Of a stretch of DNA of 64,000 bases, positions 44,446-56,900 are shown piece after piece. Origin of the DNA: Trichoplax adhaerens (taxonomy: Eukaryota > Animalia > Placozoa); the NCBI RefSeq assembly GCF_000150275.1, contig NW_002060950.1, positions 130,679-194,678 on the forward strand, written 5' to 3'. Position 1 is the first letter of the stretch. Each line of letters starts with the position of its first letter. The notes beneath the pieces are model-generated. The model saw nothing but the letters and a program-made list of their open reading frames with translations. It was not told the origin of the DNA and did no database searches. Both the position numbers and the translations under genes were made by a program.

Positions 44446-47400
44446 ATGGTTCTTCGCATTGGCGTAGTAGGTGCTGGTATCGAAGGCATGTCAACTGCCA
44501 TCAACATTCAGAGACAGTTTATCGATGCCCAAGTAACTGTGATAGGAGCTGACTTTAGTCCACGTATCCGTGGTAAAGCAGGATCTACAAATTGTGGCGC
44601 AGCATTTATTATGCCTGAATTTTTAGCGGGTACACCACAGGAATTACAAAAGTGAGCTATATTTTAATTAAATATTTTTAATTTGAAGTCAGAACTAAGC
44701 GAACGCTTTTTCATAGACCAATTAGCTCACAATGTTTCGATAGGTAGTAAGGTCTAGTAATTTTTTATGTACCCAGTGGAGGGAGTTGAGTATAAAATTA
44801 TCATCCTTCATTTAATAGTAAATCGGTTAAAACTTAGGGTTAAAGTCAGCTTAACAGAGTATCTTCATCAAGTATTTGTAATTATAGTTACGTAGGCAAC
44901 TATAACAAACCTTCTTGCTTTCTAAATAGCTGTATATCAAATTTTACCAGTTTGATTAATTCAGACTCACTTCCTTAAAAAATGGCTAGCTTTTTATCGC
45001 GATAAAAATTAGCACAGCATAGTTTGCTATTTAAAAGTAAATTTAAAATATTATATTACAATAATTATTTATTTATATACGTATTATTCATCAGTTTACT
45101 GATTCAAACCTTTGCTACAGGTAGGCATCTAACTAACTGATGCTATATTGCCCAAAATTTTAGCTTCTTATTTCAGTATTCCACGAAATTATATGACAAT
45201 AACTTACAATACCAGCTTAGTAAGCAAAATTTTAAGTTAAAAATGGAAAAATGTTTTCTAATCTTGATTTATGACACTTCCTTGTAGGCAGTGGACAAAG
45301 GCTACCCATGATCATCTAGTTAAGATCTACTATGGTCCTGACGCTAATAGGCTTGGTGTCAATATGGCTAGTGGTTACGCTCTCTTTACCGAAATTGGTG
45401 AAATTAGCAAGGTACTGATATAAATTTATTATAAAGGTATAAATATTACTATGGATTTGTAAAATGACATTTAATAGTTTATCTCCATAAAAATTTTACA
45501 AAAGGATCATAGTTTATTGCAATATTGATTAATAGGGTCCACCTCACTGGGCTGAAACCCTATTTGGTTGGAGAAAAGCTACTCCGGAAGAAATGAGTGT
45601 CTTTCCAGAAAAATTTTTGTAAGTTACTTTCGGTTATTAAATAAGTGACTAGAATCTATTTAAATTCTGCTGGTAGGCCTTATGCCGTATGATAAGATGA
45701 GTTCGCAACATGTAGTAATTTATTTTAATTAGTAGTAAACTTCAACTATTATCGGCAAAGTTTACATCGTAGTACTAAAAATTGTAATATAAACTATCAT
45801 GTACGCGAAGAGTTCCACCATTCTTGCTATAACCAATTTTAAGTTATTAGAATTAGCAAGAGAGCTAATTAAGCATACATAATTAACATATACAATTAAA
45901 TCATACCTTTCCATCATACATAAAAATCATCTCTTGAATAGTAAGGAAAAATTAAGATTACTTTAACTCTCTGTCGACAGGGATGGTTGGAATTTCGGCA
46001 CCATTGTTGTAAATCCAGGAATCTATACCGAATATTTGTACGACAGGTAAAGTCATTACTAGAGTATAAATGTATTAACAATTTATATTAAAGATCTAGA
46101 TCGTGCATTCATACATTTCGACCGTATCATTTGCTTATCTTATGAAAATAATTACATTAATAAAATTGTTCCTGTCGCTTCAGGATAATAAGATATCTAT
46201 TGCACTTGGTTACACACGTAATTTTTTATTTCTTAATTTAGATTCCGATTACGAGGTGGAAAGATAGTACAACGTAGACTTGAGTCCATGGACGAGGTGC
46301 GCTATCATAAATTTTCCGATGTTAATTTAGAATTACAATATCGATTGAGCTAAACGAGCTGTACAATTAAAACATCTCTGCTGAAATCATGACACAGCTA
46401 GCATGAAAAGGTCTAATATTTATAATTTTAATTATCCAGATCGCTAACGACTTCGACGTGTTCGCTTGTTCACCCGGTCTTGGTGCTTTTGAATTACTTA
46501 AAGACGAAACTATGATGCCTATGCGTGGTCAACTTATTGCTGTAAGGACACTTTCATGAATACTTAGGCTTAGTATTGCTATAATTTCATCGCAATTCAC
46601 CTCAACGATAACTTTATGATGAATTTAAATCTATAACAAATCACTTCCTATTTCATTTTTTTAGGTATCGGCACCTTGGGTTAAATTTTTCTACGGTTAC
46701 GAAAAGGATGACGAAACTCTATGCTATATTATTCCTAGGTTAGTATTATTGAATGCATCTATATCCCTTTATATGTTTCGATAAAATCCGGTTATGTAAG
46801 GCTGCAATCGTTTATATTATTAAATTTTAAACTTCACTCGGATGTAATGCGAATACATTACATTAGTTTAGATTCATTTAGAGCACTAATCAGCTAATCA
46901 GTTAATAATAACGGAAATTATCTGCTACCTTAGTTACGTATTGATGACAGCTTTACGATTATGGCATAATAATAAAAGGAGTGGATGAGATTTTTGATTT
47001 ATGCACCTTAATCTAATACGGTTAAGAGGTTAACAATTAAATTTCGTGCTAACGCCAATATATTTATTCTTAAATATACACGTACATGAAAATATATATT
47101 TGTATGCAAAGTCTATTATCAATTATTTCTCGTTGTATTTTAGAGTCAATGATGTAATCCTGGGTGGTACCTTCCAAGTAGGCGAATGGGATACCACACT
47201 GGATGCGGACATTACTAAGAGAATTCTGGATGACTGTACTGAAATTGTACCAAGCTTGAAAGTAAGGATAATAACCTTTGTTTACTATAATTAGAGAATT
47301 GGATTGTAATACTTTACAGTATTTAAATGAACTAAGATTAGCTTCAGGAATAAATTTTTATAATATCCATTTCCAAAAGAATTACAAAATGTGGCCTTTA

Positions 47401-47734
47401 TTTTAATTTTTAAAATTAGCATGCCAAAATAGTAGATGAGTGGGCAGGTTTGAGGCCAGGTCGTCCAAGTGTTCGCTTGGAGTATGAACATCGAGAGTTA
47501 GACAGTGGCAAAAAGATACACGTAAGTCGCCAGTGATTGCAATAATTATTAATTTCGGATTTAATTTTTTGCATTATTCTTAACGCTAAATCAATTAATT
47601 GAAATTTATCACAGGTTGTCTATAACTACGGACATGGAGGAGCTGGCGTTACTTTACATTGGGGCTGTGGCCAGATGGCCGCTGGCTTCGTGAAAGATGC
47701 AATCGAGAAGAATGGCTTGAGATCTCTATTGTAA
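44446..47734 (+). CDS. DAO: D-amino-acid oxidase family flavoprotein (DAAO-like rather than D-aspartate oxidase), about 10 exons
   Basis: MVLRIGVVGAGIEG, PMRGQLIAVSAPWVK, YIIP, LGGTFQVGEW, WAGLRPGRPSVRLE, VVYNYGHGGAGVTLHWG. Ends ...GLRSLL* (PTS1-like). Confidence 0.88.
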
Positions 47735-49096
47735 ATCCTGCTAATGCAATAGAATATAAATTGAAATCTTAATTAATGTCTCCCGTAATTAGTCTTAAAA
47801 ACATTGATTAATTTCCTTATATTGCATCAGTAGCTGTGTCGATGACGTAGGTAATGATAAAGTTGAGAACATTAATGCTTCAATATTAATGTTGTCCTAA
47901 TTGCTGACTATCAAGCTGATAAGTAACCTTCCTATACGATTTACTATCACTATATAACAATATGAAAGCAATTCTCATTTGTAAGCTTAGCGGCTGGCAA
48001 TAATTTGAAAAGTCTTATGCGCACCAACTCATGCTCTTGTGTGTATATTTCATTACTACATTTCAAAACTAAGTATGAAATTGCGAGTAATAAACAATAT
48101 GATTCTATAATCGAAAGGTTATATTGGCTTGAAATTAATACATCTATTTGTAAATGTAGCGCATATTTCTGCGTTATTTTCTTCGAATCTCTCATGTTGA
48201 AAATCTATACTAGTACTGTATAATAATTTAATTGAGACTATAACGTAGAGATCGTTTAAAGTTACAACTATAATAATTCAAAGACAGTTTGACTCTGTAC
48301 TGTATAGAATGAAATAATGAAACTTAAAAGTATATTTAAAAAATAGTTAAACATAACAAAGTAAAAGCCATAATATATAGTGTAGAGTATGATTAATATA
48401 TAAAAAAGAGCTAATCAGGAAGTAACGTAGAGACTCCTATCACCATTTAAATTTTGTATATTGCGGCAACGCAGCGCAAAGTCTATCTCAGTGTTTATAT
48501 CCAATGAAAATCTTCTCGAGATGCATTTATGATACTACTCTTATGAAATATTAGGTGATTTAGTATTTCTAAAATACGGTATAAGTTTACGGCTATGAAT
48601 ATAAATGATCATATGATTTTTGGCTTCTGTGGTCTCAATACCACATATTATTGCTTCAGTATCGTCATTAAAAGTAAATCGCAGACAATCTCTAGTTGAT
48701 TCTGTACAGTTTTATTATACAAGTATATATACACAATGGTATTTATCATAACGCATAGCGTATATCAGTGTACAAGTGAGCAGATTGAGGCATTTAAAAT
48801 CTGCTAATGACAATTGCTGAGCACCTACAGAATACCGATCGTCACAAAAGTCTCGTGTGAAGACTTTTCATTAATAGACGTAAATATGGCGCGCGATACC
48901 TTAAGTGATGTATTGCAATATATCCTCTCAACTATTATAGTTGCAGTTAATTACAAAAATGGGATATGATACTTGCATTCAAATAGAAAATGGACTGGCA
49001 ATGTATAAATTTATTTATCTGACAGTGTTAAGAGTATGCATTGTTAATTGATTGATTGAAGACTTCCTACAATTCCGCAGTTTAGAGTCAAGTATT

Positions 49097-51070
49097 TTAC
49101 GAAAAATTGGTTGTAAAATTATCCTGATGAACACGGGTGATGACAGCACGAGAAGATTTGGAACCACACAAACTGCAGAGTACTTCACCCCTTGATTCTT
49201 TTACCATATTTGTTAAGCAAGGGCGACATATAAAATGACAACATTTTAACTGAAATATGGACTGAAATGTTGTAATATCAAAGCGACATTCGCAGCAAGT
49301 GTGGATTAAATGTTGCTTTTCAACAGCGGCTGTCTGCCTGCTCAAGACCTCTCTAGAATCATCACTGGTATCATATGTTGATTCTGTATAATATTAAATA
49401 AAATAATTTCAATCGCTTATCGCATTATTATAGGCAAAATTTGTAAATTAAGGACACTAAAAATATTCTGCATACTGCACATACAGCAATAGCTAATTAT
49501 AATTCTTATACGTGGGGCACAGTGAGGTTATCATTTTTACACAACGCCTTAGCTATAGCTATAATTGCTTACCCGATATTATGTCCAGATTTTGAATTGC
49601 ACTACCTTCAGCATTAGGGACTATATTGGATGCAGATAAAGTGATCCCATTTGCAAACTTCGCGTCTTGAATTCCCGAATCAAAAACTTTGTTAGCACTA
49701 AAAGCTTGACTGAGGCTACGACGAATTTTTGCTAAGTGGCAAGATGGATCATGATTGTTTGTTGTATTACGCTTCAAGTTGTCTTGATAGTGAATTTCTG
49801 TTGCTTTTAGATTCATTTTCGATGATATGGGAGAACCGTTTATCTTTCTTTTAATTCCAATGGAATCAACGGAGCACTTAGGAGGGTTAATTTGATTATC
49901 ACTATTGTGGCTGTATTCTTTCGCATCAAAGGTAACACCAGACGATAGAGTTGATTTTACATCGTTGATTTTATGACGTGCGCGGTTCATATTGGCAATT
50001 ACTGACTTTACTGTTTTGAAAGGGTTGTGTTCTTGGTCATTGCTTTGTATCGTGCCAACAGTTCTACCAATTGAAGATAAATTGTGGCCAAAATTTACTA
50101 AATATTTATCTAAACGAATTTTCAGTGCCGTATTGAATACAGGTCTACTAGTTTCCGTAAACGGAATGCCTGTAAATGGATCACATGGGGTTTTTCCTTT
50201 AATAGACTGATCTTTGATCCATCTTTCCAACGTCGTTCGATCAACGTTTTGTCCTGACGGTAGTAGCACTGGCAAATGCATCATTTCGCAAGTTATAGAA
50301 TCTAGGAAGTCATTCGGTACTAGTTGTTGTTGAGAAGTACTTGTTAACGGAGCTTGATCATCTGCTTGTACCGATACTTTACCTTGTGTATCAGCGTCAT
50401 CGTTGTTAAGCTTACACTGAAGATTTGTCTCATGGGATTGGCTAATGGTCGTAATATTACTGGTATTCGATCCGATCTCCATTTTGCGTCTAATTGCTTG
50501 CATTTTTTTAACCATTTCTTTATCACAGCTCTTGCTTGGCTTTCCCCATATCTGAATAAGTCTAATTGCAGCTAAACTAGACTGGCTAGTTTTCAATATT
50601 TTGATAGAAATATACTGAACATCTGATAATGCTCTACCACCTCTCAAATAAAAATTACTGTTAGGATGGCACCGTGAATTATGGCCACTGTTAGCAATTT
50701 GCCATTCTTTATCACCAATAAAAGCCTCGTTTATAAATGCAAGCACACAGTTGCCAACTACATTTGATGGAGTTTCCTGTACAAAGGCTTTACCAGCCCA
50801 TTTTAGCTGATCTACTTCTTTCCCTAGATAAATCTCCAATCCTGACGATATCTGACCGCCAACTTTACGATCAATCAATATGCATTCGATATCAATAGGA
50901 ACTATAAGATGAAATTTTATTTCTACCGGAGGCTTGACAAAACGAGCCACAAGAAATCCTCGTGCTTTAAGATGCGAGTTATCACTTATAAGATTAGAAA
51001 CTTCGTATCCATCACTACAAATTTGAGAACACGTCAAATTTTCGACCAGTAGATGATGACAAAAGTTCAT
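49097..51070 (-). CDS. UBOX5: U-box domain-containing protein 5 / RNF37 E3 ligase; exons 51070-49573 and 49383-49097
   Basis: N-terminal CSDGYEVSNLIS...GFLVARFVKPPVEI, U-box VPNDFLDSITCEMMHLPVLLPSGQNVDRTTLE...DPFTG, C-terminal RING (CCEC...CCHFICRPC...CSLC...ITRVH). Phase-1 GT-AG intron joins the two exons in frame. Confidence 0.92.
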
Positions 51071-51487
51071 ATCCTTCTAGTTTTAGTGCACTGTATCAAA
51101 TGTCGTGCAAAAAATTTTAACTATGAGATAAGTTATACATTGCTACATTGACAGTGTTATAATTACAATATGGCATTTACAGCACCATTTAATCATCGAT
51201 CGATTGATATGATAGCATACAGTAGTACATTGATTCTGTTCGAAGAATTCCAGTGTTCATGAGCGATCGGCAGGTAAACTACAGTACTGCATGTCTGCAT
51301 GTAACATTGTATAATCCGTATACTAGTATACTAATAGTGACAAGGATTTAATTACTGTTGTGCTGTTAAATGCAGGCTGTCCGCCGTCCGCAATTCCGCC
51401 ATCTAGCTAGTAGTTGTAAACTCTAGTGTAGAGTGCTATACAGTACACTATTGCAGAGTTGCCGAGTTCTCTTGCAGAAACTGCATC
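51071..51487. promoter_or_regulatory. Compact bidirectional promoter between UBOX5 and TMEM128
   Basis: Head-to-head ATGs separated by 417 bp. Local GC-rich patch GTCCGCCGTCCGCAATTCCGCCATCT (about 51379-51404) with a YY1-like CCGCCAT core; scattered TACAGTA units. Confidence 0.6.
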
Positions 51488-52967
51488 ATGGAAGGCTCAG
51501 CAAAACTAAGAAAGCGTTTTGAAACTACTTATAAAGACTTCGTACAAGACTCAAACATGAAGAGTATGAACGAAGGTATTAACTGCTAAACTATCAAATT
51601 ATATTAATGCGATAGTACTTGTGTCACGCTCTGTGGTCAAAAGAATACGCTTACATTAAGTTACATAGTACAGTAATAATAAATAATAATTATATACAGG
51701 ATATAATTCAATAAATGTGAATGGCTTCTGCCGATGATTTATACTATACGCATACTTTACGATATACTGTATTGTGGGCTAGATGCAGTACAAGTAAATA
51801 TAAACTGATCGGCAGCGGCCTAGTCAGCATTAGTACAGATATTTCCGAAATTTTACGGCATGGCTCAAACGATGATGCATTGCACTTAAAATCAATATCC
51901 TTAGATTATATACTTATTAAAAAAGATTGAACTTGTACTCAAATACCCACAAAGTTATAATATGTACATTGTAGACTGTAAGTACTTGATTCATTCCATT
52001 ACATATTCTGACATGTAAGTTATAAACCCAGATGATGCAGTTGAAGCCGCTCGTCAGCAATCCATTACCAGATCGACGGCTTGGAAAACAGCTGAATCAG
52101 TAATTTGGCTTTTAGCAGCACTTGGAATCCTTCGGTACACTGATTTCCTCTTAACTGTATGTTATGACCCGAGGATTAACAGGTAAAAAATGGTTTATTT
52201 CATTATTTTTCTATTTCTGCTCTGTATAGTATAGTTTCTTCTTATGAGCATCACCTGCCTCAACGTTAACGTTTACCTTCACAATATTTTTATCGTGAAC
52301 TAAAAGAACTAATAATTTAGGGGTTCTTGTCATGCTGTAATATATGCTATTGCTATATTATTAAGTAGCGCATTGCACTTACCAATTGCGGGCAAGTGAA
52401 TGCTGATAGCTTAACCATAACGTCATGCTTTATGATTACGTTTCATGCAATTACATTGCAAGCACGAATGATATGCCTTATTTACTGTATGTACAATATA
52501 CTATACTATGCTGTACACGGTCGTAAACTCTAAAATTTGTCTTATTAGAAGTATTTCTAATACTACTATAGGTTATGGCTGTATGCAGGTGCTGGGTTTC
52601 TTGTAGTGTTCTCACTAATCGGTTGCTGGCTAATTATATGGTATAAAATTATCTTAAAAATTGACGATTATCAGAAGCGTGTGCCAGCAGCTATACCGAT
52701 TGCAACAACGTCATTTATACTATCCTTTGGTTGGTAAGTAGTAAACAGTTATTTACTACTGTTTGTCAAGCTACAATGCAGTTATTGGATAATATGAACA
52801 TGCCCATTTTGTATCCCAACACTATGCGATAGCATTTTTAACGTATATCTCCATTACTTTTCATTTTTAGTTTTACTTATGCTCTATGGCCTGTTTGGGG
52901 AATCTTAACACCGTTACTTTTATTTACGCTGATGATGGGTGTGATTGTTACGGTGTCGCTATTTTAG
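51488..52967 (+). CDS. TMEM128: Transmembrane protein 128; exons approx 51488-51575, 52032-52182, 52573-52733, 52871-52967
   Basis: Missed by the ORF track. Splices to ...ESVIWLLAALGILRYTDF...DDYQKRVPAAIPIATTSFILSFGCFTYALWPVWGILTPLLLFTLMMGVIVTVSLF*, matching the recalled TMEM128 pattern (PALIPITTASF...[20 protein letters not shown]). Confidence 0.88.
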
Positions 52968-53945
52968 ATATTTAATGTCAAACTTTAACTGACGACCAAA
53001 CGAAAAATTATTTTATGGCAAAGTTCTTTGTCACATAAATACATGCTGATTATTTTAAGCATTTTGTACATCAACTTAAGTTCCTCTTTTTAAAAGACAA
53101 TTAAGGCCTTGACAATTAGAGATACCATAATTGATATTTTAACCCTTTATCCAAATTATTACGAACATCACATAGTACTGTATATTTGGCCTAAAATAAA
53201 CGAAATTTGATGATATTAAATTTGCTAGTTCCAAATGTCTTGGCTAAAAGTTTGATATTTTTTATGAATTAATCGTATCGAAATACCTGTCAATTGTAAT
53301 TCTAACGCTTTACTCTTTCCGTAAAACTGTACGAACTGTATATAAGTGACTAATAAATTGGGTAATAAAAGACATTATATCAGAAATAGAGGAAGTTCGA
53401 CGACTAAACTATTTATATGCGTAATTGCGTATTTATTGTATTATCATGCTATGATGAAATTTTTCACCTTTCTTAGTATCAGCACTATCAGGAGAAGAAA
53501 GCGAAGAAACTTAGTGGTTACTTTAATTAACTAATATTGGCTTAATTGTCTATGCACTATCAATTTGTTCTAAATATAAACTATGATATTATCTCGAAAA
53601 TTACAACATAATTACTCATTCTTTGTGAAAACTAATTTTATAATTTCTTGATTTCATGAAGTTATTATCTTAAAGTATTAAAGAGTTGATAGTAATTTTT
53701 TTGTTTATTAATATGAGGATATTCTGGATTAATGAATTAAATATAGTTAATACTTAATCCTTTTTCATATACAGATATGTCTATAATAACTAAGATAAAG
53801 TCAGCAAAGGTTGATTTCCAGTTACGTATGCTCTACCAAAAAAACAAAGTATCTCAAATGACTGACTGATGTGTAATACACTATATATAACAACAATGGA
53901 TGGTTTAGACCATCGGCAAGTTACACTCAAAGAGCCATTTAATAA

Positions 53946-56900
53946 TTATTCTTCTTCTGGGTTTACAATTTGATGCGATGCGTCATTATCCGTATTTTCA
54001 TTTTGCTGTGGAGAGACTGGGCGGCTGCCTCCAGCACGCGTTGTCGCCTGTAAAATCATACCAGGATTCGTAACAGTCGCCAAGATGTCTGCACGTTTAT
54101 TCTTCATTTCGAGATTTTTGCCACGAATCGATTCGAGATTTGAGGTTGGCGGTTTAGTTTTTCCTTTATTTATGGCATTTCTTATTGTATTTGCTATCTT
54201 GTTATTCTTTCTCTTTTCTAGGTCCTTTTTGTATAATAAATCTGCTAATTCATTTAATTTTCGAATTTTTCTCTTATGATCTCTTTTCTTTTCTATCTCC
54301 TAAAAAACAAAATTAGGCATTTTATTGCTTAGATTTGCAAAGATATAAGTTAATCTCTCTTTTGATGCGATAGCTAGAAATAGTTTTCTTACGTCATGCT
54401 GCCACCTCATTACAACAGCCCGACCGTCGTGACCATCTCCTAATGCTTCAGAATATTTTTCTTGATATTGTAAACGTTGTTTGGGTTTAATTGAGGTTTC
54501 AATAACCAGTACAGTTTGAGCCCACTATCGTGTATAAAATAAGAATCTACGTTTTATATATACGAATAGATAGTACTGACAGTTGCATAATTACGTGTAT
54601 TGTCACAAAGTGTTCTTTCAGGAATGAGCAAAAAGCGCTATGGTAACAAAAACTATGAGTGTACCTGTCTTTTCCATTCTTTGCGTGTTTCAACCGTTGT
54701 TTCATACGTTTTTCCCATCATTGCAATTAACATATTGACTAATAGTACATTAGCGATAACGACGTAGAAAACAAATAAAATCTAGGATAGAATTTATAAG
54801 GGATATCATTTAAAAAACAAGGATAGTTATTAGTTCTATATGTGATAGAAGCAAGAATAATATACGATAAATAAATAATATTCAAATTTTCGAATAAATG
54901 ATATTGTAAGTATGAACTAGATATGACTTTAGCCGAATTGTTTATACGTGTTTTACTATTACTTCTAAACACATCGTATCAAAATTTATAATTGCAATTG
55001 ATATTTTATGAAAATTAAAGCTAATTAAATTCCATGAGAATCTGTTATTGCTATTAAAATTTGCATAGCAATTATAGTAGAAAGTATGAAGTAATAATCC
55101 ATGTTAAGATTATTTAGAATTGATTACCTTCACAAAGATAGGATGGGGCGCTTTGTCAAATTCAGGCTCTATTTCCTAATACCCGTATTTATAATATGCA
55201 CAACATTATAATATATTTCACGAGTGTTATAGGCTGTCTCTAAAATTATATTATCAGACTAATTATAATAATGGAACTGAACCTCAAATTCTCCTAAAGA
55301 TAGTATAAACATTCCTTCTATAGCCCGAAGAGGACTATTGAGAAACATTCGACTTCCCCCTGTGCCGGCGAATGAAACTACCATAGCTAAAAAATAAATC
55401 GCTGCATTAATTATACAATTTGATCATATGTATATATATATATATATCAGTATGATAGTATGAGCACTATAAGTTTGTGATCCGAATTATCGATACATAA
55501 GTATTTTGAACCGCATCACGAATTAATGAAATCGGACATTACCTTGAGAAAATGCTATCAAGAATATCAAATACAATAGCATAAATTTTAATAGATCTCC
55601 CTTGATCATTTTTCCGATCATTAGAACGAATGGGCCAACTAGCCTAAATCCTCTGTTAAAGAAGTTTATAACAAAGTACAGTATAAATAAAATATTTAAA
55701 TACTATTTTATGTATTTTAAAATTTTATATATTACATTGCTCGAATGTTAATCAAAGCTATGCTGCTATTAAAAATTATAAGCACAGTACATGATAGTTT
55801 TATTTATTGCTTATCTAAATCAACCCTTACCGACAAAAGAATAGACAATATGGCCAGGCAAGAATAATAGCCAAAAACCAAGTAACATTCGCATACCGTG
55901 TTAGGGCACATATAAATAATCCAGGTATAGAAATAGTTACCAAGGCACACGACAACAGGAACAGAAATCTAGTAGGTGCATTGACCTGGATTAAGAATAT
56001 CGTCAGTAATATGAAATATAACACAGGTACCACAAATATCAGAGATTGGAAATATTAGAGCTATACAAGGATAACATTGTCAAACTCCAAACTTTTGTAT
56101 TTACAGTCTTACCAAACTTTGAAACACAATATGAAATCCTTGACGATTAAAGTCTATTATCAAGCTTCCAAGGTATCCTAAACTGCCTCCTGCAGTAAGT
56201 AATTCTAATATTAATCTGCCCTATAGACAAAATGCGAGTATACAAGTTATGGCTTAATAAGTGAAGAATCTCGCTATTATTCTTATTTACTTGGTAAGTA
56301 TTAGAAAGTGCAACCATACCGAGCAAAATTTTTAGTAATAAATAAATATTATCAATTATATAAATATCAATGACAGTTACTGTAGACCAACATAACACAA
56401 CGTGATTCGATACTTCTACATACTATATCTTTGGAATCGATCACTTTACTTGCTCCATTAGCAACTCTTGGGCATAGGAAGTAGTCTCGTCGTGTATCGT
56501 TTCTTGCGACACAATGAGATGTTCCAGGATCCGGTTGCTAAATAGGAAGAAATTCATATTGTTTTATTACACAATTCGTAAAATTTGATATTACGACTTG
56601 TTAGAATAAAGGATTCAAAATGTAATCTTTAATTACTTACAAAAGGTGGCCTCAGAATAAAAGCGGCATTAAAAATGATTAGGTACACGATGTAGGTGAT
56701 TAAATGTTGATAAAATCTTTAAATTTTTAGAGAAATCCTTAGTTATCATCTTTTATTTTAAATTTGATGCAAACTATAAAAAATAAACGATTTATATCAA
56801 TTATGAAATTACTGTACTTCTTTCTTGCAAATAGCGCCCATTTTTGTTCTAGTATTTCTACAATAAGACCATCAAGTAGATCTAGATGTCGCGGATTCTA

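Noticed and set aside
19140-47734. Functional cluster of mitochondrial/amino-acid metabolic genes (OAT, SFXN, FOXRED1, DAO)
   Set aside because: Mixed orientations, unrelated genes in between and no shared pathway; ancestral linkage explains it adequately.
55431-55447. (TA)n microsatellite in a TRPV intron
   Set aside because: Short and ordinary.
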